A stretch of DNA of 64,000 nucleotides from NCBI GenBank assembly GCA_050230475.1, contig JBFLGF010000137.1, positions 1 through 64,000 on the forward strand. Reading direction: 5' to 3'. The stretch comes from Ancylonema sp. Lineage: Eukaryota. The notes below the pieces were generated by a model. The model was not told where the DNA came from and did no database searches. It worked only from the letters and a program-made list of their open reading frames with translations. A program made the translations under genes and the position numbers. Positions 37,935 through 50,690 of this stretch are shown here, one piece after another (the stretch's first letter is position 1; every line of letters starts with the position of its first letter).

Positions 37935-40486
37935 CTTGTTGAACAATCTTTCGTATTTTTCATCGATCAATGCCTCTCATTACCACTTTAGTAATGGATG
38001 CCCCCCAATGTTACCATGGTGATTTTGGATGAGTGTGGGGTTTGATCAAATTTTGTAGAAAAAAAAATCAATACAAAACGCGTATTTCAAAATCGCCCAA
38101 AGTTTAAATAAGCCAAATACGGCGAATTGTGACCACAACGTATTGCGTTTTGTGCAACCCTAGGAAAAACTGAATTGGACGACTTGATAAGTTTTCGTGG
38201 TGATATTTGTACTCACTTTGAACGTCAAAAGTATTCATTACAGACGGTTGCGAGAAGTATGATGAGGCCAAAAAATGCACGAAGTATTGATTGATGCAAC
38301 AGTTTTATCGAAGGAATAATGGTTAAATGGGATTTTACAACATAAAAGACGCCCTTAGTTGTAGAACTTAACATCTTATTTTTCTTATAACGTGGTTTAT
38401 TGTGCTTGTAACGGAGGAGTTTTGGCGAGGGGGGAAAACGTTTAAATAATATTCTCTTAAACGAGAACTTTTCATGACGAAGTTTATTACATCGGCTTTG
38501 GAGAGTATAAGAAATTATTCGAATTTTATTAAGTTATTCTCGGCCTTTTCTACCCCCCGCCAAAAAAACTCCCCGGTCATAGCAATTACAACGTCAAAAA
38601 ATCAAGTCATCAAGTTTCGATACCCTTAAAGCTATCGAAACTTGAACAAGTTTTTTTTTTTTTTTTTTTTCAATTGCGGATATTTTACAGGAATTGTGTG
38701 CCTTTTCAAGAGCGCACGGGGCCGTACTGTGCTTGGAAAATGATTCCCAAGTAGATATTGAATTGTGGAATCGGTTATCTTTGATCAACTGTAAAGATTC
38801 GGGATGTGAAGGCATTTTTACAAATCGTTGATTAGTTTTTTGGGTAAAGATTATATTTAGCCTCCATTCACTTCTATCATATCGTTCGGAGGAAAAACAC
38901 GAAACTCGAGATCGTCAAGAATGACGAGAAAGACTTTTCGGGACTACACATAACCATATCATAAGATTTCAAGTTCCTTCCTACATTATTTCGGCCCTTT
39001 GATCAATTGCATTATAAACGCTTAGTAGTATGCATGAATTTAAGTGGTTGTTACTTGCTGAAAGAATCACAAAACGACATGGGATTTGTGACATTACGGC
39101 GAGAGAATGCTCTAGATGCATCACTCTTCACTTTTTTTGGTGGACATAGTAAACATAGAAAAACAGTGACAATCGCATGGAGGGTCACAAGACACCGAGA
39201 ATGTCTTCGCCACAAATGTATGCCTCAAGAAGCTAGTTCTAGTTCCTTCTCCCCTACCTTTTTTTAAAAAAAAATCTGAGGTCTCCGCTATCCAGTGTCT
39301 TATATGCGGTACATAAAATATTCGGTGTAAGAATACATAAACCACCTTATATCGGGGCCCAATTGTATTCTTTTCCGGAAAATCACGCGTCGTAATTCTT
39401 GACGCTTCTGTCAGACTTATTCAAAGTCACCAAAACTCCAGGCTCAAAACTCAAATTCTGGGTTGCCAAGTAGGGTCCGGGTTGCAGCCCTTTTTATTGG
39501 GCTACGGGCTGCGAGCCGAGCTGCGGGCTACCTAATCCTGCGGAGGTCCGCATGACTATGCAGCCCGCAGCCCAGAGACTTTGACTCTCCTCACTCAGAA
39601 GTTCTGAGTCAGAACATCGCCGACTGATAACTCACGTGATTTTACCGTTGACCTTTGTATCAGTTTTGTCGCAACGACGGCATCTCTCTCGTGGATTCAA
39701 ATCGAATCATTCAATACACGTGACGATTTCCCTTCCAGTCGGTAACCGTGAGTGAGTTTTTTATGGTCATCACATGGGGTGATCTGCAGCGTCGATGGTC
39801 TCCATCGGACAGCGTTCAATAGGTTTCGGTCGCCAGAGCTGGCGCGATTGGCCGGCTGCCGGCGTGGAACCGGACAGATACAGATGCCAGATGTCAGCAG
39901 AACGGACATCGTTGAAGTCAGAATCAGAATCTGGGGAATCTCGGAGGAAGAACACAGATGCGGAGCTAGAATGGATGCATTTCCTTGTCGGCGAGAAAGT
40001 GGTCGGCCACTCGTACACTTCAGTCGCACGTAGAAGATGCAGATGTTGCTTTATCATTCAAGCGCCCATGTGTTAGGAGTAACAGATTCTTCATATTATA
40101 TGGTATCAGGGCAGTGTCACAAAATGGAGCCTTTTCAAGTCTCTTTGCAGTGAATTTGAGATAGATCCATTAAGCGTGCATGTAATCATCCCTTACGACT
40201 CTTGATTCTACTTCGTAAGTTGAGGCGGTGCATTCAATATTTCGACAAGCGAAATTCCGGAATTGCGAAACCAGCAACTGGCGTGTGCCCTTCCCCGGGC
40301 TCGTCGGCCCCCCGCTTAATTTACCCTGGGCTCCCTGGGCTCCAATACCCGGTATTCCAGCTGATTTTCAGGCCTATGCCAGCAACTGGCAACTAGTCTG
40401 AGTGACCGGCCCCGTTAGTCCTTGGCGCCATCCGAGTTTCCTTCTTCCCTTCAATCCTTGCGGGGTGACCCCAAAACTTTGGCCTG

Positions 40487-40941
40487 ATGTCAGAGGCTGG
40501 GGTGCAAAAGGTAAGACCTGTGAGCAAGTTTCTTAACCCTGAACGTCTGGCTGGAACTCTCAAAGTCTCTCGTCGTCAGGCAGTCATGGTGCATTTATCG
40601 GTCTATAAGATGATACGGACTAGGCATCGTTGTGACGGCCTCTTCCTGCATCAGTACGGATGAAGGTGCACGTCAAAATCGGAAGATAGAGAAAAAAAAT
40701 CGGGCAACTGCAGTTGCATTCGCTCACGTCAGCATCTGACAGCTGTCCCCTAGAGGTTAGCATCCCGACAACAAGTAACTGGGTTTGAGTAGCTGTCAAT
40801 GGAGGGAGGGAGGGAGGGAGGGAGGGAGAAATGAGGTTGAAATTGCGACCATGCAAACGTTAGACCAGACAATGCCCATCTCTTATTATGGAGGTGCGTG
40901 GTCACCGTAATTCCACCTCACTGTAGCCGCTGGTGACATAG

Positions 40942-40977
<36 letters not shown>

Positions 40978-43900
40978 AAAAATTAATTGGGTTCTTCCAC
41001 CCCCCCTGCCGACCCCCAATAATTAGTTCCCCTTTATAAAACAATTCACCTTTTGATATTTCCCTCCCCGTGCCCCTTTTCCAATCTCTTTCCCTTACCT
41101 CCCGTCCCCCTTGAAGTCCATTAAAGTGGATCACACTCTCTCTCCCGCCCTCCCTCTCTGCCTCCAACAACGTCCCGTTTGCCGTTCTTACCCCCCGCCC
41201 CCCTCCTGCGCCCCTCTGTAGGCCTCCAATGGCATGACTCCCGCTGCTGACCTGGACCTCGCCAGCCTGGCCCAGCCAGGTGGCACCTGGGAGGGTGACG
41301 TGGAAGTGCCGCGGTGGCGGGGCGAGGGCCAGGAGATCGACGAGAGCGCCGTGTACGAATGGGAGGTGGACATGTCCAAAGTGCTCTGTACAAACACCAT
41401 TGCGTCAGGTACAGACTCTACCTCGATATAACAAACCCTGGATAAATCGACAAGCTTCTCCATATTTTCCAGAAATTATCCTGTCGTTTTACTGAGGGAA
41501 GCATGTAGGAGGGGGGACCAGGGGGAGGGATGGGTGACCTTACCCATGTTATCGCCCTTGACTTTGTGTGTGAAGTAAACAATGTTCCCATCCATAGGAT
41601 CAGGACGACAAAAATATTGTGATGGAGAGTGATTGGCGGTAACAGGTTAGGTATCAGGTTTTACGGGAAAACCCGAAGTCGGGCGGATGTCTTCCCTATA
41701 GTATTAGACAGGATAAAAATAGACAGGTGTTACACGGTATTAATCCAGACAGGTGTTTCCGTACGTCTTGGTTCTGAGCCTGTGAGGTGGCGCCACCTGT
41801 CCTCTCTCCTACAGGCGCGTTTGGCACCGTGTTCCACGGTTTGTATCAGAACGATGACGTGGCGGTGAAGGTGATGAACATCCCCGACAAGATCAGTCCT
41901 CAGGAGATGAGCGAGCTGAAGCAGAGCTTCAAGCAGGAGATTGCGGTGTGGAGCAAACTGAAGCACCCAAACGTCGTGCAGGTGGGGGGGGCTATTTCCG
42001 TTACAATGGAATCACAGAATGGCATTCACTTTCCGAGTGTAGGAAGTGAAGTGGAGTTGCAGTGAGGTTGGGGATGGGAAGAAAAGTAAGAGAGGGACGA
42101 GCAGGGGTGGGTACTACCCCTTCCTCCGGTTTGCATCCAAACTCCGATATAAGAAACTTTTTTGTAACAAATCTTGTTGATAAAGAAAAACGAGTCTTTG
42201 CTACATATTACCAATCTCCGGTTCTTTCTTCTTTTCTCAACTCTTCTCGACAAAATGCGATCCCTACAAAAGATACCTTCCACATAAGAACCATTTCCCC
42301 GCAGCTTTTCACACGTTTCTTATATCGAGGTTTCCCCCCTCCTCAGTTCATGGGCGCCTCCTTCCGCGCGGAGAACCTGAAGGTGAATGCGGAGGAGGGG
42401 GGCATGAAGGAGGGCCAACCTGTTTGGGCGATTCTTACCGAGTACATGTCGGGCGGCACACTGAAGGCGGCCATCAATCGAAAAAAGTTGTCGACCAAAA
42501 AAGTTGTGAAGCTTGCGCTGGATGTGGCGAGGGGGATGGAGTAAGGGGGCGGGGGGTTGCTGTTGTTGTTTGGACCTGTGGAGAACCCCTCTGAATTCAT
42601 CGTGTGTGGCTTTCAACGGTTTTTTATTGTCTACTGAAATGTGTTCGGCCTGACTTCGATGGGTGCGTTGAAAGGGGGCGTGTGGATTCTGGGCCTTTCT
42701 AGATTCTGGGCCTGTCGGTTATTTTTGTTGACACCATTGGTCCAGACAGGTTGTAGAGTGTGTAGAATGATAAGGGGGCACGGGGACAGAGACAGTTGGG
42801 GGTGTTGAAAAAGAGGCGTTTGGAGTTTGGATTTTTGAAGTGGCACATGAGGCAGAATGGGAGAATAGCAGATTGGGAGGAAGGGTGAAGGGAGAAAGAC
42901 AGACTGGCGGCAGAATGACAGAAGGTCAATACGGCAGAGAGGGTCGAACACCTAAACTACATAATGGCAGAATGGCAGAATGATAGAATAACAGAGCAAT
43001 AAGAGAGACAGATTGGTAAACTGGCTGAAATGACAGAATGGCAGAAGGACAGAATGACTGAATGACAGAAATGGCAGAAATGGCAGAAATGACAAAGTGG
43101 TAGAATGGCAGAAACGGCAGGATGGCAGAATTGACAGCGTGGCAGTACGGTTTCCCAGGTACCTCCACAGCAAGAAGGTGGTCCACCGCGACCTGAAGAG
43201 CGAGAACCTCCTCCTCTCACACAGCGGGGACGCCAAGTTGGCAGACTTTGGCGTGGCGCGGACTGCGGCGGAGAACCCGGTGGACATGACGTGCGAAACG
43301 GGGACGGTCAGGTGGCTGGCGCCCGAGGTGAACTCTTGGTTTTGTGTTTTTTTTTTCTTTTTGAGTACAATTATTGATTGTTGGCCGCGCACCGAGCGCG
43401 GATTTTTCACGCGCGTGCCAAATGCGTGCACGATCAATCGCGTGCGGGACACGTGCGTGTCACGCACGGCAAAAGACCAACTATGCAATTATTACTATCA
43501 TCAGTATTGGTATACAGTGTTTATCAATGATGTTCACTGTGCTTGGGGTGGGAGGTGAGCAAAGAAAGTGGAGGTGAGCACCCAGCACCCACTTTCTTTT
43601 TTCTTTTTCTTATAATGGTGTCTTTCCCAAAAAAAAGAATCCTTAACATCTTCAAATTACTTTTCAAAATTTTGTAATATACTTAAGGGGTTCAAGTGTG
43701 TCACCCTCTCATGATGAAGAAATGATTGCGTTGTGTTCCACTAGCGAGGTTTTCAGTTTTGTTGGTGTTGGTGTTTGGAGGAGAGGGTGTGCTCCTCGTC
43801 GTTGTATGGGACATGAAAATGGAAAATGGGTGCGAGGATGGTGTGGGGGAAGAGGGTTTCAACAAGAATTTCCTCCATATGAGGTTCAAGATAAAGACCA

Positions 43901-44928
43901 AGAAAATACTTCTTATATCATATGCTTCTCTGTATATATCATAAGTCAATGATGATCATTGACGCACACGTCCGTGGCACGCTTGGCATGCGCTCGAGCG
44001 GCTTATACCAACCTATGGTGTATAGGTGTATAGGTGTATAGGTGTATAGGTGTATAGGTGTATAGGTGTATAGGTGTATAGGTGTATAGGTGTATATATC
44101 ACATTTTGTAGTTGAAAACATAAACGAAATCCCCAAACCAAGACTCAAAACAGGTTTCTTATTGCAAATAGATTGAGTATGATAAAGTTTCTTAGATCGG
44201 ATTTTTGTGGATGTGTGGTGTGCCGCAGGTGATCGACCACAAACCGTACAATCACAAAGTGGACGTGTATTCCTTCGGAATTGTTTTGTGGGAATTGGTG
44301 ACGGGCGACCATCCGTTTCGAACATACACTTTTGTACAGTTGGCGTTTGCAGTCGTCAACAAAGTGAGAGGCCACACACTCAAGAAAAACATCACTTTAG
44401 AAACCGAGATAAAATGCATAAATGCATAAATTCATTAACTCATGATGTCATAAACACGTACTAGCATAAACACATAAACGGACACCCGAAAAATGAAGTT
44501 TCAAGTATTTCTACCAATGAAGGTAGTCATGTAGATAAAGAACGAACAGTAGAGTAGTCATTCAAACCAAATCTGTCGCTAAAAGGAAGTACAAGTCCGT
44601 GAAGCCCACAATGTGTTCCACACTTATTTTGATTGTGTCTACTTTTCCCTCTTTTTTTCAGTACTCAAAAAAATGAAACCTTGATTGTATATTTGACTTG
44701 TGTTTTTTGTTCCTTTTTTTTTGTTTTTGTTTTTGGGGTTAGAACCTCCGACCTGAGATTCCCGCATGGGTTTCCGAAGACCTTTCCTCGCTCATGCAAG
44801 TGTGTTGGGACGCGGATCCCGCAAAAAGACCAGAGTTCCGTGAAGTGGTAGCAACCCTCGAGGGGTATCAGGAGAAATTGAGTGCACAAGCGAGGGATGA
44901 GGGGAAGGCATGTTGCATGGTCATGTAG
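40487..44928 (+). CDS. Group C Raf-like (MAPKKK/TKL) kinase, CBC/MRK1-like, with C-terminal CaaX; exons 40487-40510 (tentative), 41222-41408, 41815-41981, 42347-42540, 43159-43327, 44229-44363, 44743-44928
   Basis: [80 protein letters not shown]; ends KACCMVM-stop. All introns are GT-AG and in phase. Confidence 0.92.
42860..43140. repeat. Intronic GAATGGCA/GAATGACA imperfect tandem repeat
   Basis: Many repeated gaatggcag/gaatgacag units. Confidence 0.65.
43376..43485. mobile_element. 110-bp hAT-type MITE in a kinase intron
   Basis: 8-bp TSD CAATTATT at 43368-43375 and 43486-43493; imperfect TIR GATTGTTGG / CCAACTATG. Confidence 0.8.
44017..44096. repeat. (GGTGTATA)10 perfect intronic tandem repeat
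   Basis: Ten exact 8-bp units. Confidence 0.95.
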
Positions 44929-45899
44929 GAGGGCAAGTGCGGGTACGGTTACGGTTAGGGGTTCGGTAACTAATTCCGGCGAACATATACCTCTCGACCA
45001 TGGGACTTGGTTGAGCTGTTTTTTGGGCCACTCTTCGTGCGCTCACGAGAGATGAGAAAACCTATTGGAGTCATGTTGACACGTCACCTCCAAGGGAGAG
45101 TAGAAGTGGTTTTGCTAGCAATATGGCACAACAAAATCCGGTGGGTTTCAACTGTTAGGCAAAATATCAAACCGAAATATTAATCGCCGCTGTAGGGAGT
45201 GCCTTTCGAGTACGTGGTCGTGAATTGTTCGTATGTATGTTATTTTAATTTATTTAACGGGAGTGGTGCGAACGATGTTGAAGAGTGTTTTGAGAAGAAA
45301 CACTGCAACTTTGTAGCAAACAAGATCTCAAGTTTTGCTCGTTCAAGTGAGAGATAGTGCTTGGTAGGCCGACTAGACCAACGCGATAGCCATAATACGA
45401 TAGCCGTGAGTAGTTGAGCACCCTCGGGAGAGTTGCTCGTGGTGCGATAGAGTGAGGCGTAAATAAAAACAAAAACAAATAATTTCGTAGATATTTGGTA
45501 CAAGAAGAAATGGTTTTTGTTGTTGTTGATGCCATGTTTCCATATCGCGAATGTAATGAAATGAATTGAAGTACTGGCAAACGAACTCTAAAATCGCCGA
45601 CCCTCATTGTGTTGACGTGGCCACCAACTCATTTCACATATACATATGGAGTGGCTATGTGGGTGTGCCGCACGGTGAACACCCAGGTGCCTTATGTACA
45701 CAACATGCACGTTTATTTGTATGTTGGCGCACATCTAAAGCTTCCTTCGTACGCGCACTCCAATTATCTTTTGTTCAACCGTTTCATTGGCGACAAACTG
45801 TGAAGAGAATGAAAAAAGGAAATAAAACCGTAAAACAAATCCATAGGCCATGGGTGGTGATATTTGATTACGAAGTGTTAAATATTGGTCACAGGGATT

Positions 45900-46325
45900 T
45901 GTGACTTCCAGCACCACGGTGGGAGTGAAGCCAGGGGGGGGGTCGCCCTGGTCATATAAGTAGTTAGAGAACCATTCATAGGCGGGTCCAGCCGGCAGGT
46001 TACCAATGTAGAGGACAGTTTGGGTAGGGTCGGTGAACCGGATAGGAGCCAGCCGTACCATGGATTTGACCTGGGTACATAATGTGTTGAGGGTGTGGGG
46101 GGAGCCAGAATACCTAGGGGGGTCAGCTTGGATCAGATTCTGGGATGGGGGGGCTGGCTGGAGTGCCGGTGGGGCACTCCAGAGGGGGGGGGGGGGATTG
46201 TAGGTAGCGTCATAGGCACTTGCCCCTTGAGCTCTGTAAACTGGCCTTTGAGCTCCTTGTTTTGATTGAATAACTACTTGAACTTTTCTTCTTGAGAAAA
46301 CATGCATCTGTCTCAATTGCTCCAT
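45900..46325 (-). pseudogene. Truncated Ty3/gypsy Gag N-terminal (capsid) fragment
   Basis: PPRYSGSPHTLNTLCTQV..RLAPIRFTD..VLYIGNL.AGPAYEWF resembles the Ty3/gypsy (PEG10/sushi-like) capsid start. Truncated near 45900. Confidence 0.7.
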
Positions 46326-46439
46326 GCTTCGTGTATGCCATGGTGAAAGTGAGGAGAGGAATGGAGAGGAAATGTGGCGGCCGAATGAGATTGAGATGTA
46401 GAATGCTCTAAAAGAAAACCCCAAAAAAACTATCCTATC

Positions 46440-47782
46440 ATAGTGTTAGGGGCGGATGCAAGAACGTTTCTAGCAACGTAATTGCAAGTGCACACAAGTG
46501 TAAATGGCGACGAGAGCCAAAATGATAAGAAGGCGAATGAGGCAATGACGGTTACCGTAGCGGACAGAGATGGGATCGGTAGGGTGATTGGGTCATCGAT
46601 GATGGAATCAGTCGATGAAGGGGTAATCGCACTCAAAGTGTCGACAGAAAGGGGTCTTGTCGATGTAGTGGAAGTGCAGATAGGAGGCTGGAATATCGTA
46701 ACTCAGAGTACGGTGCTCGCTTGAATCGCGGCACTGATTGTAAACAATCTTAAAACGAGGCATTTTTCGAGCTTTGTTTGTTATACTACTCACTGCTAGC
46801 AAGCTATCACACGCTGCTCTTACTTGACGGCTTAAAAGTAATGAGAGCGACACAAGATTGCGGTAAAAGATGCGTCGATTCTTGATCGGTAAGCCATCGA
46901 TAAGGATACAATTCTGCAAAGCTTGTCAATAGTAGCAAAAGAGATGTGCGAATGGATTGCACGGATGAGCGAAAGCTCGGTAATGGGAACATGTGATTTC
47001 TGACTGCGCTGCAGGTCAGACAATCGATAACTTCGGTAACGATAATAAACACACGGTTGCAAAGCGAAAGCTTGATGCGAGGTAATCACAAACGAGCGTA
47101 CGCTCGATACACACGATATTGCGTAAGCTAAAGATCACAGATTGCAAGGTTGCGCAAGGCAAAGAAATTCAGAGTTGTCGAGTTAAACAATAGTGTGCGA
47201 GGAAAATCTCTTCAGCGTCAAATTCACCGAAAGCTGAGATTTGAAAAGTTACACGAGTTTTTATTGTCAAACTCAAAATATTCTACTCGCTCGTTCGCTA
47301 GGATACGTGTGGCAAGGAATATCTACTCAACTCGGCGCGCACGCTATAATTGGTACATACATCTCTATTTGATTCTGAGCGGTTGATCTAAAGAGCTACG
47401 GTCACGATTAATACAATTGACAAGTCTAACACGTAGTCTAATCTATTCAAATACAAAGGTGAGCTAGTCAAAGGTTGACTACTTAGAACTTAATAAAGGG
47501 GGGGCCGGTCAGCGACGAAGCTCGGAATGAAATGAGCAGGGGCGGAGTCGTGCGGAAAAACATAGCGGTGCGGCTATTTTAATATTCTAATTAAAACAGA
47601 GGGGTTTCTGGCTGACGATTGATTCAGGCATGACTGCTCACGTGCTAGATGGGATCGGTAGGGTAATTGGGTCATCGATAATGGATCCAGTCGATGAAGG
47701 GGTAATCGCACTCAAAGTGTCGACAAAAAGGGGTCTTGTCGATGTAGTGGAAGTGCAGATAGGAGGCTGGAATATCGTTACT
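46440..47782 (-). repeat. Putative gypsy LTR containing a ~135-bp direct repeat
   Basis: Follows a G10 polypurine tract (47783-47792) on the minus strand and precedes the gag. 46569-46702 is nearly identical to 47649-47782. Lower boundary approximate. Confidence 0.55.
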
Positions 47783-48539
47783 CCCCCCCCCCAGATTGAA
47801 GAGCTATGCGTTCACATCTGGGTAATCAACAAAAGAGGGTAAAGTGATCAGGATCACAATCACATATTGAAACATGTAAATTTGACGCACAGGGGTTGAT
47901 GTATGAAGCTGAAAAATGACAAGTTTTCGGGATCTGAGAAGTTGTAGTCATGACAGCATCAGGGTATGCAGAGATTGAAGAAGATGTAAATGTAGTTGTA
48001 AATATTTTGTATTCAACCTTGGATGTCAAAGGTAATTTTTGTTTTGCAAAACCATGAATGCCATCGATGAACAGGCATTTGTCCCCTCCCATTTCATTAT
48101 CAAAATCCGAAATAGGTTCTTCTTTCACGTCATAGTGATTGGTGTGGTTCTGAGTAAGTTTTGGGTGTTATAAATGTATCACAGTTTCATCCAGGTAATG
48201 TATCAGTTGCACAGTGTGTTTGGGATTTGGATCTTTCAAATCTATCGGTTTCAAGGTAAGTCTGGTAGTGGCTTCGTGTCCTTGACTTCTGGTTGCCAGG
48301 TAATATTTGTAGTGGTAGTTGCTGATGTTGAGGATGATGTTGTGGAGTTGGAGACAGTTAATGTTGAATTGGTGTCTTCGTCCATTTTGTCCACGTGTTC
48401 TAGGAATGAGAATGGGTAATCCTTTTCAGAGCTGGTGTCCGATGTTTCAGATTCGGATTCGGAAAGCAAATTGTTGGATGCATAAGGAATCTCTTCCGTC
48501 TGAGGAGCCTTTGGTGTTCTCGCTGCACCCCCCCCCAGA

Positions 48540-49646
48540 TCTTGGGAGTGTCGATGTAGTGCACCGAGTAGACCGCCATACCATGTCCAGATTTTGTCAT
48601 CCAGCATTCTTCCAAGTAGTTGGCACTTGCGTTTGTTGAAGTAATTTGCATCCGGGTGTGCACAGATGGATATATCATCCAAGTCGTAATTTAAAAATCT
48701 TGCACGCTCCCGAGGTGTGGGTGACAAAGTGGCATGTACCGCCATCAAAATTCCTCCAAACCATTTCATCATGTTGCGATCCATGGCTCGTCCAATAAGT
48801 TGTTTGCGTGTGAACAATTGTATCTCCTTCTTCGAATCCTATCATACGCTCCCGTTCCCATATAGTTGGTGCTTCCCACTGCCGGGTGTTGTGGTTGTAC
48901 AGCATGCCGGGTCCGGGATCGCCATTTGGTTGAAACGAAAATTAGTCTTTGCGTGGGGAAGATACAATGTTTGGTAACGCTCGCGAGGTTCTCCGATTTT
49001 GTTGACTTCTTTCAATGGTTTCAAGTGTCATTTTGAGTGACCGGAGCTGGAGAATGATAATGTTCTAAATGTCGATATAGCGGTGGTAGGTGCGGGTCGT
49101 CTGGTGATGAATTTTCCAGTAATTGTGGCGAAATGAAATTTGTCCAGATGCATCTTAATCGGTGTGCTGTGCTTCCACAACTAACTGCGTCGATTACAGC
49201 CGGTTTCCCTAGAAATGATTTAATGAGGATCGCAGTGTCGATGACTTCTTGTCGAAGGTCACCAAACGGGTAAGTGTTCTCGAATATGAAGATCGGAGGG
49301 TAAGGTTGGTGTTGAGTCAAAAAGTTGTTTGCTCGGATGAGATCGAAGAATTAAGGAAAGCGTATATCCGTTAATCCTCGTTGTTGTCATGCTCGACTCA
49401 CCATCTGACATTCCCATCCAACTACAATGAAGTCGATAGGTCCTTTTGCTTTGACCAATGCTGCTAGCTGATCATTTGTAATATTGCTTATATCATTTGG
49501 TAAACGAGTGTCAAATCCTCGGATAGTCGTTTTTTGGGATGAGCCCTGGGTAACGTGATTGTTCTTTTGGTAAATGATCTTGCTGCAGTCCGTGCATCCT
49601 CACAAATGTCAGAATGAGTATAGCAACCCACCGGGTAGCCCGTCAT
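48540..49646 (-). pseudogene. Degenerate C5-cytosine DNA methyltransferase (DNMT3-like, retrotransposon type)
   Basis: Hand translation across stops and frameshifts: LPNDISNI..GPIDFIVVGWECQMVSRA*QQRGLTDIRFP*FFDLIR (motif IV, Cys codon 49408-49410), IFIFENT (VI), DAVSCGSTAHRLRCIWTN (VIII), WEAPTIWERERMIGFEEGDT (IX), RKQLIGRAMD (X). Motif I is absent. Confidence 0.88.
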
Positions 49647-50690
49647 GCCGCCAGAGATCGTTGGAAAGTAAATTCTTTTTAATTGTCGATCCGCTTGAAA
49701 AATAGCAATTTTGGTGATTGTCGATTTTTAGTCGTTATATTGAACTTTGTCGTTATATGAGTTTCGATCAGTCAGACGTTTGATTTGATAATTTCGTTAT
49801 ACTCAGACAATCTACAAAAGTCGGTGTACCACTTTTTAGATTTTCATTCGGAATATTTTGTTAGTAGATTCCCAGTGCGCGCCGAGCTTTATTTCAGTCA
49901 GCCAACCTGGCGTTTGAACCGCCGCACGTGTTAAATCTAGAACTCTAGAATATAGAGTCACGATTAGCTGTCTAGTCGATATTTTTTTTCAGCCATAGAT
50001 CAAGATAATTTTCATCCATAATCAAGATAAGATCTAGATTACCGCGCGTGTGAAACAGCGCGTCGATTGTACTAAAGCCTCTTCCGCAGGCAGTTTACGC
50101 TGTCTGAATTTCAACAACTCTTTGCAATCGCCATCTTTGCAATCTATGTGAATTCGTGTATTCTGCAATCGTCAACAATCGTTATCAAGTGTGCCGTTTC
50201 GCCTTTGATATTCTCTGTGAATTTTTGCAAACTTCGCGTCGCTCCATTTAGCCGTAAGTTCTGCAAAAATGCTTGTTTACTTGTGCGTGCTGTCGCATCT
50301 CAAGTAGTACAAAAGCCGTGTGCCGTTTTGCATAAGCATCGTGTGAAATTCTGCCGTAGTCAGAATTATCGTCACCCTTGCAAAATCGTGACCCTTGCAA
50401 GTCCCTGATTGTCAGCCGTTTTGCTGACGTCAGAAATCGTTACAATTCGCCGCACCGTTTCGTGCGAGCTCAGCCAGACAATTCACCCTTTGAATTGCCT
50501 GCACCCGTTCCAGATCTAGTGTCAAGTGAATCGTTTTATTCACGACAACGTTTGGTTTTCGAAACCAATAGTGAGTGCGCACCCCGTCGCAACCAACTAT
50601 CCCTCATTCTGCACCCTTTTAGAAATTCTATAGCTATTTGCCTTGCTTTCTTTTTATTAGTAGCTGTCACCTGTTGTGAAGTGTTGTAAC
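49646..50690 (+). repeat. Diverged LTR-like segment related to 46440-47782, opposite orientation, truncating the DNMT
   Basis: Patchy colinear similarity (CAACTCT..CTTTGCAATCT; TTACAAT..GCGAGC; GACAA..TCGA.AC..TGAGTGCG..ACCCC) to the minus strand of the gypsy LTR. No TSD found. Confidence 0.35.

Noticed and set aside
39470..39580. GCTGCGGGCT/GCCCGCAGCCC motif shared with 56190-56260 as a common kinase promoter element
   Set aside because: Looks like two remnants of a small inverted-repeat transposon; no evidence of a regulatory role.
39752..40076. Short ORFs upstream of the Raf-like kinase as its first exon or uORFs
   Set aside because: No homology cue or clear in-phase splice; 40487-40510 fits better but is itself tentative.
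44017..44096. (GGTGTATA)10 as an interstitial telomere
   Set aside because: Does not match TTTAGGG-type plant or algal telomere repeats; it is an intronic tandem repeat.
48540..49646. DNMT as a bacterial restriction-modification gene or contamination
   Set aside because: Embedded among eukaryotic TEs and intron-containing genes, with no nuclease or operon context.
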